Assembly: GCA_964542445.1 (NCBI GenBank)
Contig: CAZITY010000002.1
Coordinates: 30,340-87,066 of the forward strand
Length of the DNA stretch: 56,727 nt
Source of the DNA: an uncultured Halobacteriales archaeon
Lineage (GTDB): Archaea; Halobacteriota; Halobacteria; Halobacteriales; Hikarchaeaceae
Direction: 5' to 3'
The notes under the pieces: generated by a model
Database searches by the model: none
What the model was told of the DNA's origin: nothing
What the model saw: the letters and a program-made list of their open reading frames with translations, nothing else
Shown here: piece after piece, positions 30,344 through 41,079 of the stretch
Layout of the letters: each line of letters opens with the position of its first letter
Position numbering within the stretch: the first letter of the stretch is position 1
Made by a program: the position numbers and the translations under genes

Positions 30344-31513
30344 TTACTCGAGTTCCGCGCGTGCCGCAGTCAATGCTGCGTCAGTATCAGGGGATTCACC
30401 AACATCTTCCAATGCGTTACCGACGGTTCTGATCCCCCGCACTATCTGGTCATCAGTAAGCCTCCCCATATTACTAATCCGGAATATCTTCCCGCCCAAG
30501 TGCGCTTGGCCGCCTGAAATACTAACGTTTCTTTTCTTCACTGCATCGAAAAACGCTCCCGGATTTGACTGGACATTCTTCGGTAATGTAACGGCCGTTA
30601 CAGTATTTGAATACGTAGCTGCTTCAGAGAGATTAGGGAACAACGATAATCCCATAGCGGTAAAGCCTTCTCGCATAGCAGCAGATTGCCGGCGGTGTCT
30701 GCTAATTCTCTCCGGCATTCCCTCGTCTCGGATTTTTTCGACTGCCACAGCCAAACCACGGAACAATGGGACGGCGCTCGTGAACGGGGTTTGGTTATCC
30801 GCTACTTTTTCAATATACCAATCGAGATCCTCATAGAAGGGGGCTTGTTCACCGTCGAATGCATCGATTGCTCGTTCGGTAGCGTACAAGGCACTAATCC
30901 CGGGCGGGGAGGCGAGTGCTTTTTGTGCATCAGTTATCGCCACGTCTATATTCCAATCCTCGATCCGGAATTCATCGCCGCCGATGCTCGTCACACCATC
31001 GATGACGAAATACGCATCAATTTCACGGACGAGTTCCCCGATTTCCTCGAGGGGATTCGATATGCCCGAGGAGGTTTCGTTGTGCACCATCGTGACAACA
31101 TCAATATCTTCAGTGAGTACTTTAGCGACATCGTCCACTTCAAAAGATTCCCCCCACTCGACTTTGTATCGTTCAACGGAACAGTATCGATCGGCGATAC
31201 GTGCAAACCGACGACCAAATTTACCGTTATTCAACGCTAAAACGGTTGAATCCTGTGAAACAAGATTCGCAATTGCTGCTTCCATCCCCATGGTCGCTGT
31301 GCCATTCAATATGATTGGTGTGCCACCCCTAGCTGTCGACTTCTCGTCTGGTGTTGATCGAGTAAATATGTAATCAAGCCCGTTTTTCGCTCGTTCGTAG
31401 ATCTGTTCGAACGAATCAGATCGGTGAGAAATCATTGGCTCCCGCATGGCAGATAATACGGATTCAGACACCGGAACCGGTCCTGGATTTAAAAGAAGAA
31501 AATCGTCTGGCAT
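30344..31513 (-). CDS. Class V PLP aminotransferase (serine-pyruvate/phosphoserine aminotransferase-like)
   Basis: LLLNPGPVP, ISHRS, NGKFGRRF, VHNETS.G, DGVTS.GG, QKAL..PPG and FRISNMG; ATG 31513. Confidence 0.9.
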   Translation of the reverse strand: MPDDFLLLNPGPVPVSESVLSAMREPMISHRSDSFEQIYERAKNGLDYIFTRSTPDEKSTARGGTPIILNGTATMGMEAAIANLVSQDSTVLALNNGKFGRRFARIADRYCSVERYKVEWGESFEVDDVAKVLTEDIDVVTMVHNETSSGISNPLEEIGELVREIDAYFVIDGVTSIGGDEFRIEDWNIDVAITDAQKALASPPGISALYATERAIDAFDGEQAPFYEDLDWYIEKVADNQTPFTSAVPLFRGLAVAVEKIRDEGMPERISRHRRQSAAMREGFTAMGLSLFPNLSEAATYSNTVTAVTLPKNVQSNPGAFFDAVKKRNVSISGGQAHLGGKIFRISNMGRLTDDQIVRGIRTVGNALEDVGESPDTDAALTAARAELE

Positions 31514-31595
31514 ATGGCGGTATTTACCTGCCGGTGAGTTAAGCCCACCGAGATAATTACACACTCCTTTAATCAACGTTGTGTAGAGATGATTA

Positions 31596-31988
31596 TCAGA
31601 TTACGCGAATATAGAGTAGGTATGTTATTCCGGTCGCAATTCCGGTGGCGAGCAAAGATATCACTCCGATTTGGATTGCTCGCATTTGATCGCGAACTCG
31701 GTCGGTTTTCCGGTTAACCCGTTCTTTATTCTCAAAGTGACGTTTGCCACTAATTCCGTGAGTGACGCAAAATCCCAGTCCAAATTGGAGTACGTTAACG
31801 ATCGTTGCGTAATAAAAAATGAATACACCAAGGATATACCAGTTGGGTAATCCCAGAATCCACACACCTGTGATATATATCGCCCCACCTATGAAACCGA
31901 TTATTGCAATGAGCAGGCGTAATTGTCGTTCCTTCCATCCGATATTGCACCGACCTGGTCTGTATTCTTCGCTGGCGCTCAGGTTCAT
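31596..31988 (-). CDS. Hypothetical membrane protein
   Basis: EYRPGRCNIG..ER N-terminus, three TM segments and a GFCV..G motif. Confidence 0.7.
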   Translation of the reverse strand: MNLSASEEYRPGRCNIGWKERQLRLLIAIIGFIGGAIYITGVWILGLPNWYILGVFIFYYATIVNVLQFGLGFCVTHGISGKRHFENKERVNRKTDRVRDQMRAIQIGVISLLATGIATGITYLLYIRVI

Positions 31989-32134
31989 AGTATATATGCA
32001 CGGAGTTGATTGAAAAAGAAGTTGGCCTAACCGTGGTCGTCAAGGCTACTCGGTTCATTATCGTATCGCTACTGGAGGTTATGAATTGGGTGTAATGTGG
32101 ATTTAATAAGTGCGGGACCAATTGACGGAGTGGA

Positions 32135-32929
32135 ATGGAGATCCCGTCATTTGGACTCGGAACGTTTCGAAACACAGATCCAGAGCAGTGTGCTGAGAGC
32201 GTCAGAACCGCACTTGATATTGGATATCGGCATATTGATACGGCCAAACGGTACGATAATGAGACGGCTGTTGGGGCGGGAATTGCTGCCTCGAATGTCG
32301 ATCGTGATGAAGTATTTTTAGCGACGAAGGTACTCCATGCTCGTGAGGCAGACTCGGCAGAACCGACGGCTGTGATGGAGTCGGCTTACGGTTGTCTCGA
32401 TCGACTCGGAGTTGACACCGTAGATCTTCTCTATATTCATTGGCCGGACGAATTTGATCTTGACGATGCTTTTGCTGCATTTTCTGATCTGTACGATGAG
32501 GGGGTGATGACAGCAGTTGGTGTGTGTAATTTCACTATTGAGTTGCTAGAGGCGGCGCAGGAGCAGTTTACGCCCATTGTTGCGAATCAAGTTGAGATGC
32601 ATCCGTTGCTGCAGCAACCCGATCTCAGAGCGTACTGTGATCGGAATGATATCACGGTCGTGGCGTACGCGCCGTTGATTCAAGGGAAAGCCGATGAAGT
32701 CCCTGAACTACGGGAGATCGCCGATAAACATGGTATTACTCCCTCCCAGGTAAGTCTCGCTTGGCTTCGTGAGAAGGGGGCTGTTCCGATTCCGAAGGCA
32801 ACGGGCGAGGGGCACCTTCGTGAAAATTGGGCCGCTCGGAATATTGCCCTTGACCAGAACGATGTGGAGAAAATAGATGCGATTGATCGGGAAGAACGAC
32901 TGGTTGACCCGTCACATGCTCCCTGGTAA
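32135..32929 (+). CDS. Aldo/keto reductase
   Basis: GLGT, GYRHIDTA..Y.NE, LLYIHWP, GVCNF, NQVEMHP and IPKA. Confidence 0.95.
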   Translation: MEIPSFGLGTFRNTDPEQCAESVRTALDIGYRHIDTAKRYDNETAVGAGIAASNVDRDEVFLATKVLHAREADSAEPTAVMESAYGCLDRLGVDTVDLLYIHWPDEFDLDDAFAAFSDLYDEGVMTAVGVCNFTIELLEAAQEQFTPIVANQVEMHPLLQQPDLRAYCDRNDITVVAYAPLIQGKADEVPELREIADKHGITPSQVSLAWLREKGAVPIPKATGEGHLRENWAARNIALDQNDVEKIDAIDREERLVDPSHAPW

Positions 32930-33051
32930 GTGGACAAAAAACGGTTAGTCCGTTTGACTGCGTATTGGTACGATTTCTGGGATGGTGACTAAGAGTGATT
33001 CTTCGGTGGGTATGGTCGTTTTTTTCTGGGTTCGGGTATTTATTCCGTAGC

Positions 33052-33891
33052 ATGGATGGGGAGTTAGAATCAAAATACCACGCTATCCGTAATGACCTTG
33101 GATCTCGCGATGGCGTTGTTGTTGCTTTTTCTGGTGGAGTTGATTCGAGCGTGGTAGCTGCAGTCGCCCACGAGCGTCTAGGGGCGGATGCAATTGCGTG
33201 TACAGCGAAAAGTGAGACACTCCCGGCGGCCGAATTGGAAGACACAAAAGATATCGCTGCCGAAATTGGGATTCATCACGAAATTATCGAGTTTTCTGAG
33301 TTACAGAATCCAGATTTTGTGGAGAACGATGATGACCGGTGTTATCATTGCCGGACAATGCGGTTGGGTGAGATTTATTCATTTGCGCGGTCGGAAGGAA
33401 TACAAACGGTGTGTGATGGGACTAACGCAAGTGATGTTAGTTCGGGGCATCGTCCGGGGTTGCGGGCGGTTGAGGAGTTAGAGGTGTTTTCTCCTTTACT
33501 TGAACATTCGGTTTCGAAGAAGGAGGTTCGAGCGTTAGCGGAGTATTATGGATTGTCGGTGGCTGATAAACCGTCGATGGCGTGTCTGTCGTCTCGTATT
33601 CCGACAGGATATCGGGTAACGGAATCGCGGTTGTCCCGGGTCGAAGCGGCGGAGCAGTTACTTCGCGACTTGGGATTTTCGCAACTTCGTGTTCGGGACC
33701 ATGATGGGTTAGCGCGGGTGGAAGTGGGGGCGGATGAATTGTCGAAAGCACTGGATATCGATTTTGCTGATGAAGTGGGATCAAAGTTGCAAGAGCTGGG
33801 GTTTGAGCATGTGACGTTGGATTTGAATGGGTATCAAATGGGGAGTGTGAGTCCTGATGAGTCGGCAGAGAACCCGGAATTAACGCATTAA
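33052..33891 (+). CDS. larE: ATP-dependent sacrificial sulfur transferase, LarE family
   Basis: AFSGGVDS PP-loop, RCYHC, DGTNASD...HRPG, KPSMACLSSRIP and DL.GY..GS. Confidence 0.9.
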   Translation: MDGELESKYHAIRNDLGSRDGVVVAFSGGVDSSVVAAVAHERLGADAIACTAKSETLPAAELEDTKDIAAEIGIHHEIIEFSELQNPDFVENDDDRCYHCRTMRLGEIYSFARSEGIQTVCDGTNASDVSSGHRPGLRAVEELEVFSPLLEHSVSKKEVRALAEYYGLSVADKPSMACLSSRIPTGYRVTESRLSRVEAAEQLLRDLGFSQLRVRDHDGLARVEVGADELSKALDIDFADEVGSKLQELGFEHVTLDLNGYQMGSVSPDESAENPELTH

Positions 33892-34030
33892 TTTGGCACG
33901 GTAATGGGCGTTTTGTTCGTTTAGGGATTGTTGGTCAGTGTAAAAACGGGAAGTGATAGTCCGGTTAGGGGAGATATCCGAGTGGAGTTAGTGACTACTC
34001 CTCTGCGTCTCTTGGAATTCGTGCTGTTAG

Positions 34031-34651
34031 TCATTCGTTTTCGGTTGGTCGGTGGTTTTCTTTCACGATCGTCACCACCGAATTTGAGACGGCTATTTCG
34101 TTAATCGTACAATTATCCTGGGAGTGATCGAGAAAAGAAGAAACAATACTCCGATCGTCTAGTTCTGCAAGAAGCAGATTGAGGGGTCCGCTGTGTGTGA
34201 CTACTAAAACGGTAGTAGTAGGATCGGTTTCTTCAATGAGTGTTTGCCATTCGGTGAGTATGCGTTGTTTGGTGTCAAGGAGGCTTTCCCCACTTTCCGG
34301 ACTGATTTCAATCGCGTCTTCTCCTGCGGTTTGAAGTGATAACCCCGGTAATTTACGGGAAAACTCGGAATACGTAAGTCCCTGTGCGATTCCAAAGTCT
34401 CGCTCCCGCCAACCTGCAGTGTAGGTAATGTCAACTGGGTTTTGCCGAGTGATTATTTCCGCGGTTTGTTTTGTTCGGGCCAGATCTGATGCGCATATTC
34501 GATCGATGTCATACTCTTGTTTGATGGCGATTCCGAGGGTTTCTGCTTGCTGTTCGCCGGTTTCAGTAAGCACCGAGGGGGCCCATCCTTGGAGTCTCCG
34601 CTCACGGTTCCAGTGTGTTTCGCCGTGTCGGACAAGGAGAACAGTTGTCAT
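34031..34651 (-). CDS. Histidine phosphatase (phosphoglycerate mutase) family protein
   Basis: LVRHGET.WN, SDL.R..QTA, E..FG, GES and VTH.G. Confidence 0.92.
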   Translation of the reverse strand: MTTVLLVRHGETHWNRERRLQGWAPSVLTETGEQQAETLGIAIKQEYDIDRICASDLARTKQTAEIITRQNPVDITYTAGWRERDFGIAQGLTYSEFSRKLPGLSLQTAGEDAIEISPESGESLLDTKQRILTEWQTLIEETDPTTTVLVVTHSGPLNLLLAELDDRSIVSSFLDHSQDNCTINEIAVSNSVVTIVKENHRPTENE

Positions 34652-34714
34652 CGGTAGGCGTCTCTAATAATCGGTCTATCAGTCGGGGAGGTAGTTTGGT
34701 GGTCCATAGGTATG

Positions 34715-35665
34715 TTACTGGTCTGTCCACTTGGTGAGGAAAATCGTCCCTTCGAACAGGACAATCATGGTTATTCCGACCATCAATGGTGCCATCCCTG
34801 TTGGGTCAGGGCTGAAGAGAAAAGCGATCCCGAGGAATCCACCCCAAAATAGGATTCGTCGTTGGATCAGCCAGGTTCGCGTAACGAGGTTCATCATGAT
34901 AGCGAGCATGATCATGAGAGGTATCTGGAAGACAATAGCAAGATAGCCCATGAGGAGGAGCATGAGATTCAATGTTTGACCGAGAGCAAACCCGATATTC
35001 GCGACATCTTGTGAATAGTAGAGGAAGTACGTGAATATGATCGGGAGAATAATGAAGTACGCAAAACTGACACCAATAAGGGCTAGAATGAGACTCGTGG
35101 GGACTGCCGCCAGGTAGTATCGCCGTTCATGGGGGTACAATCCCGGTCGCATGAACTGATATGTCTGGTACACTACCACGGGGAGTGCGATGATGAGGCC
35201 AATTAGGCTAGCCACTTTGAGTTCGGTTATTTTGAGTTCCAGAATACCATATAATCGGGGACGAGTGAGTTCGCCCTGGGGGAGGATGGAGTTCCAGAGG
35301 AAATTGATCATCTGATCAGCAACTGGGAATGTAACGAGACTCACTATTCCCGCAATTGCTATAACGATCCCTAGCCGCTTTAGCATCTCTTCTATGTGTG
35401 CTGTAAGCGGCATTTCTTCGTCTTCGGCAGGACCTGTACTTTCTAAGTTGAACGGTGATGATCGCGGAGAGCCTGGATGCCCGGAAGTAACCGCTTTTTT
35501 CGAACCGGAATCATTGGTAGACGCATCGGTCGGTGATACGTACTGTTTTGAGGGTTCAGGGAGTTTGGTTTCGAAATCGAGATCCATCTCAGTGTCCGCC
35601 TCCTCGGCGTCCTGGTTTTCATCCGGACCAGAAGGCACGTCAGAATCGTCCTCCCGTGAATCCAT
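34715..35665 (-). CDS. tatC: Twin-arginine translocase subunit TatC (single domain)
   Basis: EMPL..HIEE...RL, F..PGLY..ER, FQIP and FSPDP. Confidence 0.93.
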   Translation of the reverse strand: MDSREDDSDVPSGPDENQDAEEADTEMDLDFETKLPEPSKQYVSPTDASTNDSGSKKAVTSGHPGSPRSSPFNLESTGPAEDEEMPLTAHIEEMLKRLGIVIAIAGIVSLVTFPVADQMINFLWNSILPQGELTRPRLYGILELKITELKVASLIGLIIALPVVVYQTYQFMRPGLYPHERRYYLAAVPTSLILALIGVSFAYFIILPIIFTYFLYYSQDVANIGFALGQTLNLMLLLMGYLAIVFQIPLMIMLAIMMNLVTRTWLIQRRILFWGGFLGIAFLFSPDPTGMAPLMVGITMIVLFEGTIFLTKWTDQ

Positions 35666-35811
35666 TCACCTGTCAGTAGCAGGGAGGTATTTATAGGCCT
35701 TTTTGTGAGATGATTCCGTGGGCTAATCGCAATTCTCACTATGGATTAGTAGTGGAGCTGGAGCAGCCAAGGAAGAAGATTGATAGTTAAAAACAAGTAA
35801 GTGGTAGATGA

Positions 35812-37953
35812 ATGGCATCGCGCGACGTGTTGTCGGATGATACCCGCGGATCATTGGCGTCCGGCCGCCGATTACTGGGAGACGTATTTGTCACGGTTCG
35901 TTCGAAGCTACGTCGGTTATTCATTATATTCCTCGTTGCTTTGTTAGCAACCGTCTACGCGCTCAGGCTCTATATCTGGCCGAAACTAGAAGCCGATTTA
36001 CTCGCTCAGGGGGCTGAAATCATCGTTCTAACCCCGTTTGACGTGATTTTATTACAAGCCAAAATCGGGATTCTCATTGGGATTCTCTCAATGGTACCCC
36101 TCGTAATGTATTATGCGAGAGATCCACTCAAACGACGCGGTTGGTATCCAGAGGACGATATTCCGCGGTGGAAACTCGCGGCTATTGGGAGTATGGCGGT
36201 TGTGTTGTTCTTTGGCGGTGTGGTGTATTCATATAATATCTTTTTCCCGGTGATGTTCGCATTTCTTGCGCATCACACGGAGAGTGTTGGCTTGGTCGCG
36301 ACGTATTCGCTCGTGGATTGGACGCAGTTTATCCTCGTTTTGAGTTTATCGTTCGGGTTTGCTGCCCAGCTTCCGCTGGTGATGACTGCATTATCTTATA
36401 GCGGCATCGTTCGGTACGAAACCTTCCGGGATAAATGGAAATATGCGGTTCTCGGTATGTTCGGGTTCGGCGCGTTGTTTTCACCGCCAGATCCCTTCAC
36501 ACAGTTAATGTGGGCCGCTCCGCTGGTGGTGCTGTATGGGTTGAGTTTGTATTTTTCCCGGCTTGCAGTGGCGTTTAAACGTGGTCGGGCGACGTTGGAA
36601 ATTGTCGGTAATCTGCGGCGGAATTTCAATAAGGTACTCGGTGTGTTTGTTCTCGCTGGGGGGATTACTGGGTGGATCGCGGTGTATGGAGAGCGATTGT
36701 TCAATGAGGTAATCCGTTCATATTTCCCGAGTATTGTTCGCCCGTCCCCTATTTCATTCCCCCTAGAGGCAGTTGTTTCGACCACAAGTGGCCTCGCGGT
36801 TGTGAGTGTGATCGGTGGTGGGATTGTGGCTCTTATCGCGGTTTTGTACTATGCGTGGCCGCGTTTCGGGTCGGTCACCGCAACTGACCCAGTGACGGAT
36901 GACATCATTGATTTGTCACAGGCTGGCGTTGGTGAAATCAGAACTGCTCCGGATGAGGTCATCGCGGAGCTAGGTGATGATGAGGTTTTAGCGTTATCTC
37001 GTGAGGCAATGGATGCAGGTGAACCGGAGAAGGCCAAAGCTATTTTCGAGCGGTATGATGCCATAGAAGCCGAAGCAGAAGATGAGAGTGATGATGAGGC
37101 GACGAGTGGGGCGGTGACCCAAACGACAACTAACGTGGTGAACGCGATTTCTGAGGAAGAACGTACCGAAGACGATATCGGTGGATACTATTATGACATC
37201 TTATTTATTCTTGACACTTTGCGGTCTCGGACGTTTAGATTGTTCGCTGTATTTATTCTAGTATTGGTAGGTGTATTCTGGTTCTTGTATCAAGGCGGTC
37301 TCGGAATCATTAAATCAGATTTCCTCGCGAGACTGCCGGACGTAGTAGAGCCAGAGAATATTAACGTGATCACGCTTCATCCCGTCGAAGCCCTCGTGTT
37401 TTCAGTGAAAATTTCAACATTACTTGGGGCGATTGCGACATTCCCGGTGCTTCTCTATTACGCGTGGCCTCCACTGAAAGAACGCGGCATTGCGTCAGGC
37501 GACCGTCGTGTGTTCTTCGGTTGGACCGGCGCACTCGCAATTAGTATCCTTGGCGGTAGTTTACTCGGGTATTTATACATCGCGCCAGGGGTCATTTCGT
37601 ATCTCGTTTGGGATGCCGTAGAAGCTAACATGATTATTTCATATCGCGTCAGTAACTTCTTCTGGTTAATCTTCTTTACAACCGTAGGGATCGGTCTATG
37701 GATTAGTATCCCCGTGACTATGGTGATGTTCCATCGGGGTGGGATCCTTCATTTCGACCAAATGCGATCGAGTTGGCGCGGCGTTACCGTGGGTGTTCTC
37801 GCTGTCATGGCCATGTTCACCCCCTCAAATGTACTCTCTATGGTTCTTGTCGCGATACCTGTCATGCTCGGGTATGGACTGGGCCTCGGCATTCTATGGT
37901 TGTACACAATTGGATCCCGTCGAACCCATCGATTATTCTCACCATCGTCGTGA
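35812..37953 (+). CDS. tatC: Twin-arginine translocase TatC, double-domain (TatCt-type)
   Basis: Two TatC-like membrane domains (TPFDVI..QAK and SPPDPFTQ; LHPVEAL.F.VK and FTP) joined by an acidic linker; divergent from the other tatC. Confidence 0.9.
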   Translation: MASRDVLSDDTRGSLASGRRLLGDVFVTVRSKLRRLFIIFLVALLATVYALRLYIWPKLEADLLAQGAEIIVLTPFDVILLQAKIGILIGILSMVPLVMYYARDPLKRRGWYPEDDIPRWKLAAIGSMAVVLFFGGVVYSYNIFFPVMFAFLAHHTESVGLVATYSLVDWTQFILVLSLSFGFAAQLPLVMTALSYSGIVRYETFRDKWKYAVLGMFGFGALFSPPDPFTQLMWAAPLVVLYGLSLYFSRLAVAFKRGRATLEIVGNLRRNFNKVLGVFVLAGGITGWIAVYGERLFNEVIRSYFPSIVRPSPISFPLEAVVSTTSGLAVVSVIGGGIVALIAVLYYAWPRFGSVTATDPVTDDIIDLSQAGVGEIRTAPDEVIAELGDDEVLALSREAMDAGEPEKAKAIFERYDAIEAEAEDESDDEATSGAVTQTTTNVVNAISEEERTEDDIGGYYYDILFILDTLRSRTFRLFAVFILVLVGVFWFLYQGGLGIIKSDFLARLPDVVEPENINVITLHPVEALVFSVKISTLLGAIATFPVLLYYAWPPLKERGIASGDRRVFFGWTGALAISILGGSLLGYLYIAPGVISYLVWDAVEANMIISYRVSNFFWLIFFTTVGIGLWISIPVTMVMFHRGGILHFDQMRSSWRGVTVGVLAVMAMFTPSNVLSMVLVAIPVMLGYGLGLGILWLYTIGSRRTHRLFSPSS

Positions 37954-37976
37954 CAACCGTTACGGAAATACAGCGA

Positions 37977-38255
37977 TTAAAATGAAACGGGTTCAATTTC
38001 GTTCATCGTGGGTGGATCACGGTCAGTGTATCCTTTTCTCCCGATCGCTTGGTCACCCAGCCCAGAGTAAATCGTGAGTTGCACGTCCTTAGGAGAATTG
38101 AACGATTCCGGTTCTGACCGCTCAAGAATTTGTTTAATCGATTCTGAACCGTCTTGGAGAGCGAGTTTCTGAGAGCCAGTCCTCTCGATTAATTCTTCCG
38201 TAGTCACTGGGTAGGTAATGTCTTCAAAGAGATTCGGTGTTTGTTGGATTCGCAT
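37977..38255 (-). CDS. Conserved haloarchaeal small protein (DUF5789/DUF2795-like)
   Basis: YPVTTEELIE..G...L.L..GSE.I...L and C-terminal AIGRKGYTDRDP. Confidence 0.75.
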   Translation of the reverse strand: MRIQQTPNLFEDITYPVTTEELIERTGSQKLALQDGSESIKQILERSEPESFNSPKDVQLTIYSGLGDQAIGRKGYTDRDPPTMNEIEPVSF

Positions 38256-38540
38256 CACATATTGTCCTCAATGAAGAATAATTATAACTATTATCCATGT
38301 ACATAATCTAGTTGTTTAGTTTCCTTAAATGAGCGACAATCACTATCACGTAGATCATTACCAAACCGCATAGTTCCTCAATAACCAAGACTACCTCCGA
38401 CGGCACAACCCTACCTGATCGCAGAGTAACGGTACAAAACTGAACTCTATCGGACCATTCAGTTGTAAGAATCACGTGCCAGATCGAGAGTCCTATGACC
38501 CAGGCACCGATGTCTACCAGTACAATGATAGGGGAACCTA

Positions 38541-39239
38541 ATGAGTGATACAGCGAAAATAATCTTCACCGCTTTATTCGTCGCTGCTCTAATCTCTACG
38601 CAAATCCTCGCAATAAAACTCCTTGCGCTACCGTTACCCACGGATTTACCACTTATTGGATCCACAATCATCGTTCCAGCTGGCGTCATCGCGTACTCGA
38701 TTACGTATTTCGTTTCTGATTGCTACACCGAACTATTCGGTCGACGGGCCGCTCAGATCATGGTCAACGTCGGATTTGCCATGAACTTTGTTCTCCTCGC
38801 GTTACTGTGGATCGCGATAGCCGCTCCCGGCTCTGAGAGCGGTGTCGATGCTGCAACTTTCGCTAACGTTCTCGCCCCCGGAACAAATATTATCATCGGG
38901 AGTCTCATCGCCATATTAATCAGTCAAAACTGGGACGTAATCACCTTCAACTTCATCGGAAAACAAACGCAAGGCCGCTACTTGTGGTTACGAAACATCG
39001 GTTCCACGGCCACCAGTCAACTCATCGACACCGTGTTTTTCATTGCGCTTGCTTACGCCGCTGTTCCAGCGATAACAGGCATCGGCGAGGCACTCCCAGT
39101 CGGTATCATTATTCAATTAATCGCTGGCCAATACCTCCTTAAATTCCTCATCGCACTCTTGGACACTCCTTTTGTGTATCTCGTAATCCGATATTCAAAA
39201 AGTCACGGCATTGGGTCCCCCCACCCTACTCACGCCTAG
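38541..39239 (+). CDS. Queuosine/archaeosine precursor transporter (YhhQ/DUF165)
   Basis: SDCYTELFG, SQNWDV, WLRNIGST..SQLIDT..F and K...A.LDTP..Y. Confidence 0.9.
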   Translation: MSDTAKIIFTALFVAALISTQILAIKLLALPLPTDLPLIGSTIIVPAGVIAYSITYFVSDCYTELFGRRAAQIMVNVGFAMNFVLLALLWIAIAAPGSESGVDAATFANVLAPGTNIIIGSLIAILISQNWDVITFNFIGKQTQGRYLWLRNIGSTATSQLIDTVFFIALAYAAVPAITGIGEALPVGIIIQLIAGQYLLKFLIALLDTPFVYLVIRYSKSHGIGSPHPTHA

Positions 39240-39276
39240 CGGCGCGGCCGAACGGTTCTGAAGTACACCCACCGGA

Positions 39277-40065
39277 TCAATTGTCCACTCGTTCAGCAAA
39301 CCCATACCGCGACTTCCGATCAACTATCTCTACTTTCACCTGCTCTCCCTCTTCCACACCAGGAACAAACACAGTATACCCCTCGATTTTCGCAATCCCA
39401 TCTCCCTCCTCACCAATAGCTGTTATCGTTACCGTCTCAATATCGCCTACTTGTACCGGTGCTAGAATACGATTTTTTCCAACAACGTATACTTCAGATG
39501 ACGAATCCCTCGACGCGTCCGGTCGCATCACTCGACAGTGCTCAAAGACCCCGGATACCGCTTCTCGAAACGCCGGCAGATCAGGGCCATCGAATACCTT
39601 CACCACAAAATTACCGCCTTCCCCCACAAGAGATTCCGCCGCACCAAGCGCCTGTCGAGCTAAATGAACCGACCGGGCATGATCTACCGAATACTCACCT
39701 GTCATATCTGGCGCGAGATCAGATAACACAACATCAACCGGATACTCCCCTATCTCTTTTTCTCCCACAAGCGATTCGATCGTTTCGCGAATATCACTAT
39801 GAAGCTCATCACTCAACACATCGCCCTTGATTGTTTCCACGCCCTCTATCGATTTAATCGAACTCCGATCAACCCCAACCACCGGCCAACACTCATACTC
39901 ACGTGCAACCTGTAACCAACTACCTGGCGACGCACCAAGATCCACCACACAATCACCCGCCGAGAAAACACTCGCCTCCTCATGAATCTGAATTAACTTA
40001 TACGCCGAACGAGCACGATAACCTTCTTGCTTAGATTTATTGTAATAATGATCCTTCCTCGCCAT
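39277..40065 (-). CDS. rlmE: 23S rRNA U2552 2'-O-methyltransferase with C-terminal TRAM domain
   Basis: D.YY..SK.EGYRARSAYKL, DLGASPGSW, SDLAP, FVVKVF.G, ASR..SSE.Y and a TRAM domain (GEEGDGIAK..GY.VFVPG). Confidence 0.95.
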   Translation of the reverse strand: MARKDHYYNKSKQEGYRARSAYKLIQIHEEASVFSAGDCVVDLGASPGSWLQVAREYECWPVVGVDRSSIKSIEGVETIKGDVLSDELHSDIRETIESLVGEKEIGEYPVDVVLSDLAPDMTGEYSVDHARSVHLARQALGAAESLVGEGGNFVVKVFDGPDLPAFREAVSGVFEHCRVMRPDASRDSSSEVYVVGKNRILAPVQVGDIETVTITAIGEEGDGIAKIEGYTVFVPGVEEGEQVKVEIVDRKSRYGFAERVDN

Positions 40066-40222
40066 TTCTTACCTATCCTACCATGTAGAACCGAATACGG
40101 CTTTCGCCCATCAACCACCCCCAAGAAATAGCAACCCCCTAGACCGATTAAAAAATAAACGCTAATGATCCTCATGTGCCATGAGAGTCTTTTTAACCGG
40201 GGGTGGCATATCACGGTCTAAT

Positions 40223-40966
40223 ATGTTTAAGGCAATAGTGAGCGCTGAAGTCCTACAAGAAGCGCTCGATTCTGTGAGCGTCCTTGTCGACGAATGCAAA
40301 ATCCACCTCGACGAGGACGGCCTCGTCATCCGAGCCGTCGATCCAGCAAACGTCGGAATGGTTAACCTCGAATTATCCGCAAAATCATTCGAATCATACG
40401 AGGCCGACGGCGAACTCATTGGCATCAACCTCATCCGCATCGACGACATCGCTGGCATGGCAGAGGCAGGCCAACTCATCCAACTCGAACTCAACGAAGA
40501 AACCCGAAAACTCCATATCCAAATGGACGGCCTCGAATACACACTCGCCCTCATTGACCCAGACTCCATCAGACAAGAACCAGACTTGCCCGACCTCGAC
40601 CTCCCAGCTACAATCGTCCTAGAAGGCCGCGACATCGACCGAGCCGTCAAAGCAGCCGACATGGTATCCGACCACATCGCCCTCGGCGTAAATACCGACA
40701 AGGAAACCTTCTACGTCGACGCCGAAGGAGACACTGACGACGTTCATTTCGAACTCACCCGGGACGACCTCATTGACCTCACAATCGGCGACGCTCACTC
40801 CCTATTCTCGCTCGACTACCTCAAAGACATGAACCGCGCCATCCCAAACAACGGCGAAATCACCCTCAACCTCGGCGAAGAATTCCCCGTCCAAATACAA
40901 TATGAAATCGCAGAAGGACACGGGAACGTCGTTTTCATGCTCGCGCCGCGAATACAATCTGATTGA
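40223..40966 (+). CDS. pcn: DNA polymerase sliding clamp (PCNA)
   Basis: [30 protein letters not shown] and C-terminal LAPRI. Confidence 0.98.
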   Translation: MFKAIVSAEVLQEALDSVSVLVDECKIHLDEDGLVIRAVDPANVGMVNLELSAKSFESYEADGELIGINLIRIDDIAGMAEAGQLIQLELNEETRKLHIQMDGLEYTLALIDPDSIRQEPDLPDLDLPATIVLEGRDIDRAVKAADMVSDHIALGVNTDKETFYVDAEGDTDDVHFELTRDDLIDLTIGDAHSLFSLDYLKDMNRAIPNNGEITLNLGEEFPVQIQYEIAEGHGNVVFMLAPRIQSD

Positions 40967-40978
40967 ATAAATTGGAAT

Positions 40979-41001
40979 TCATCATTTTTTATTCGTGATG
41001 A
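40979..41001 (+). terminator. Hairpin/T-tract after pcn
   Basis: TCATCA-TTTTTT-ATTCG-TGATGA: 6-bp inverted repeat enclosing a T6 tract. Confidence 0.4.
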
Positions 41002-41079
41002 GGCTTAGTTCCAAGAATTAGCATTTTTTGATCTAATTGGTGTAAAGTTCAAATAGCAGGACGGTACCAATCCGGCCTG

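Noticed and set aside
34715-37953. Two tatC genes, one double-length
   Set aside because: A known haloarchaeal arrangement (TatCo/TatCt).
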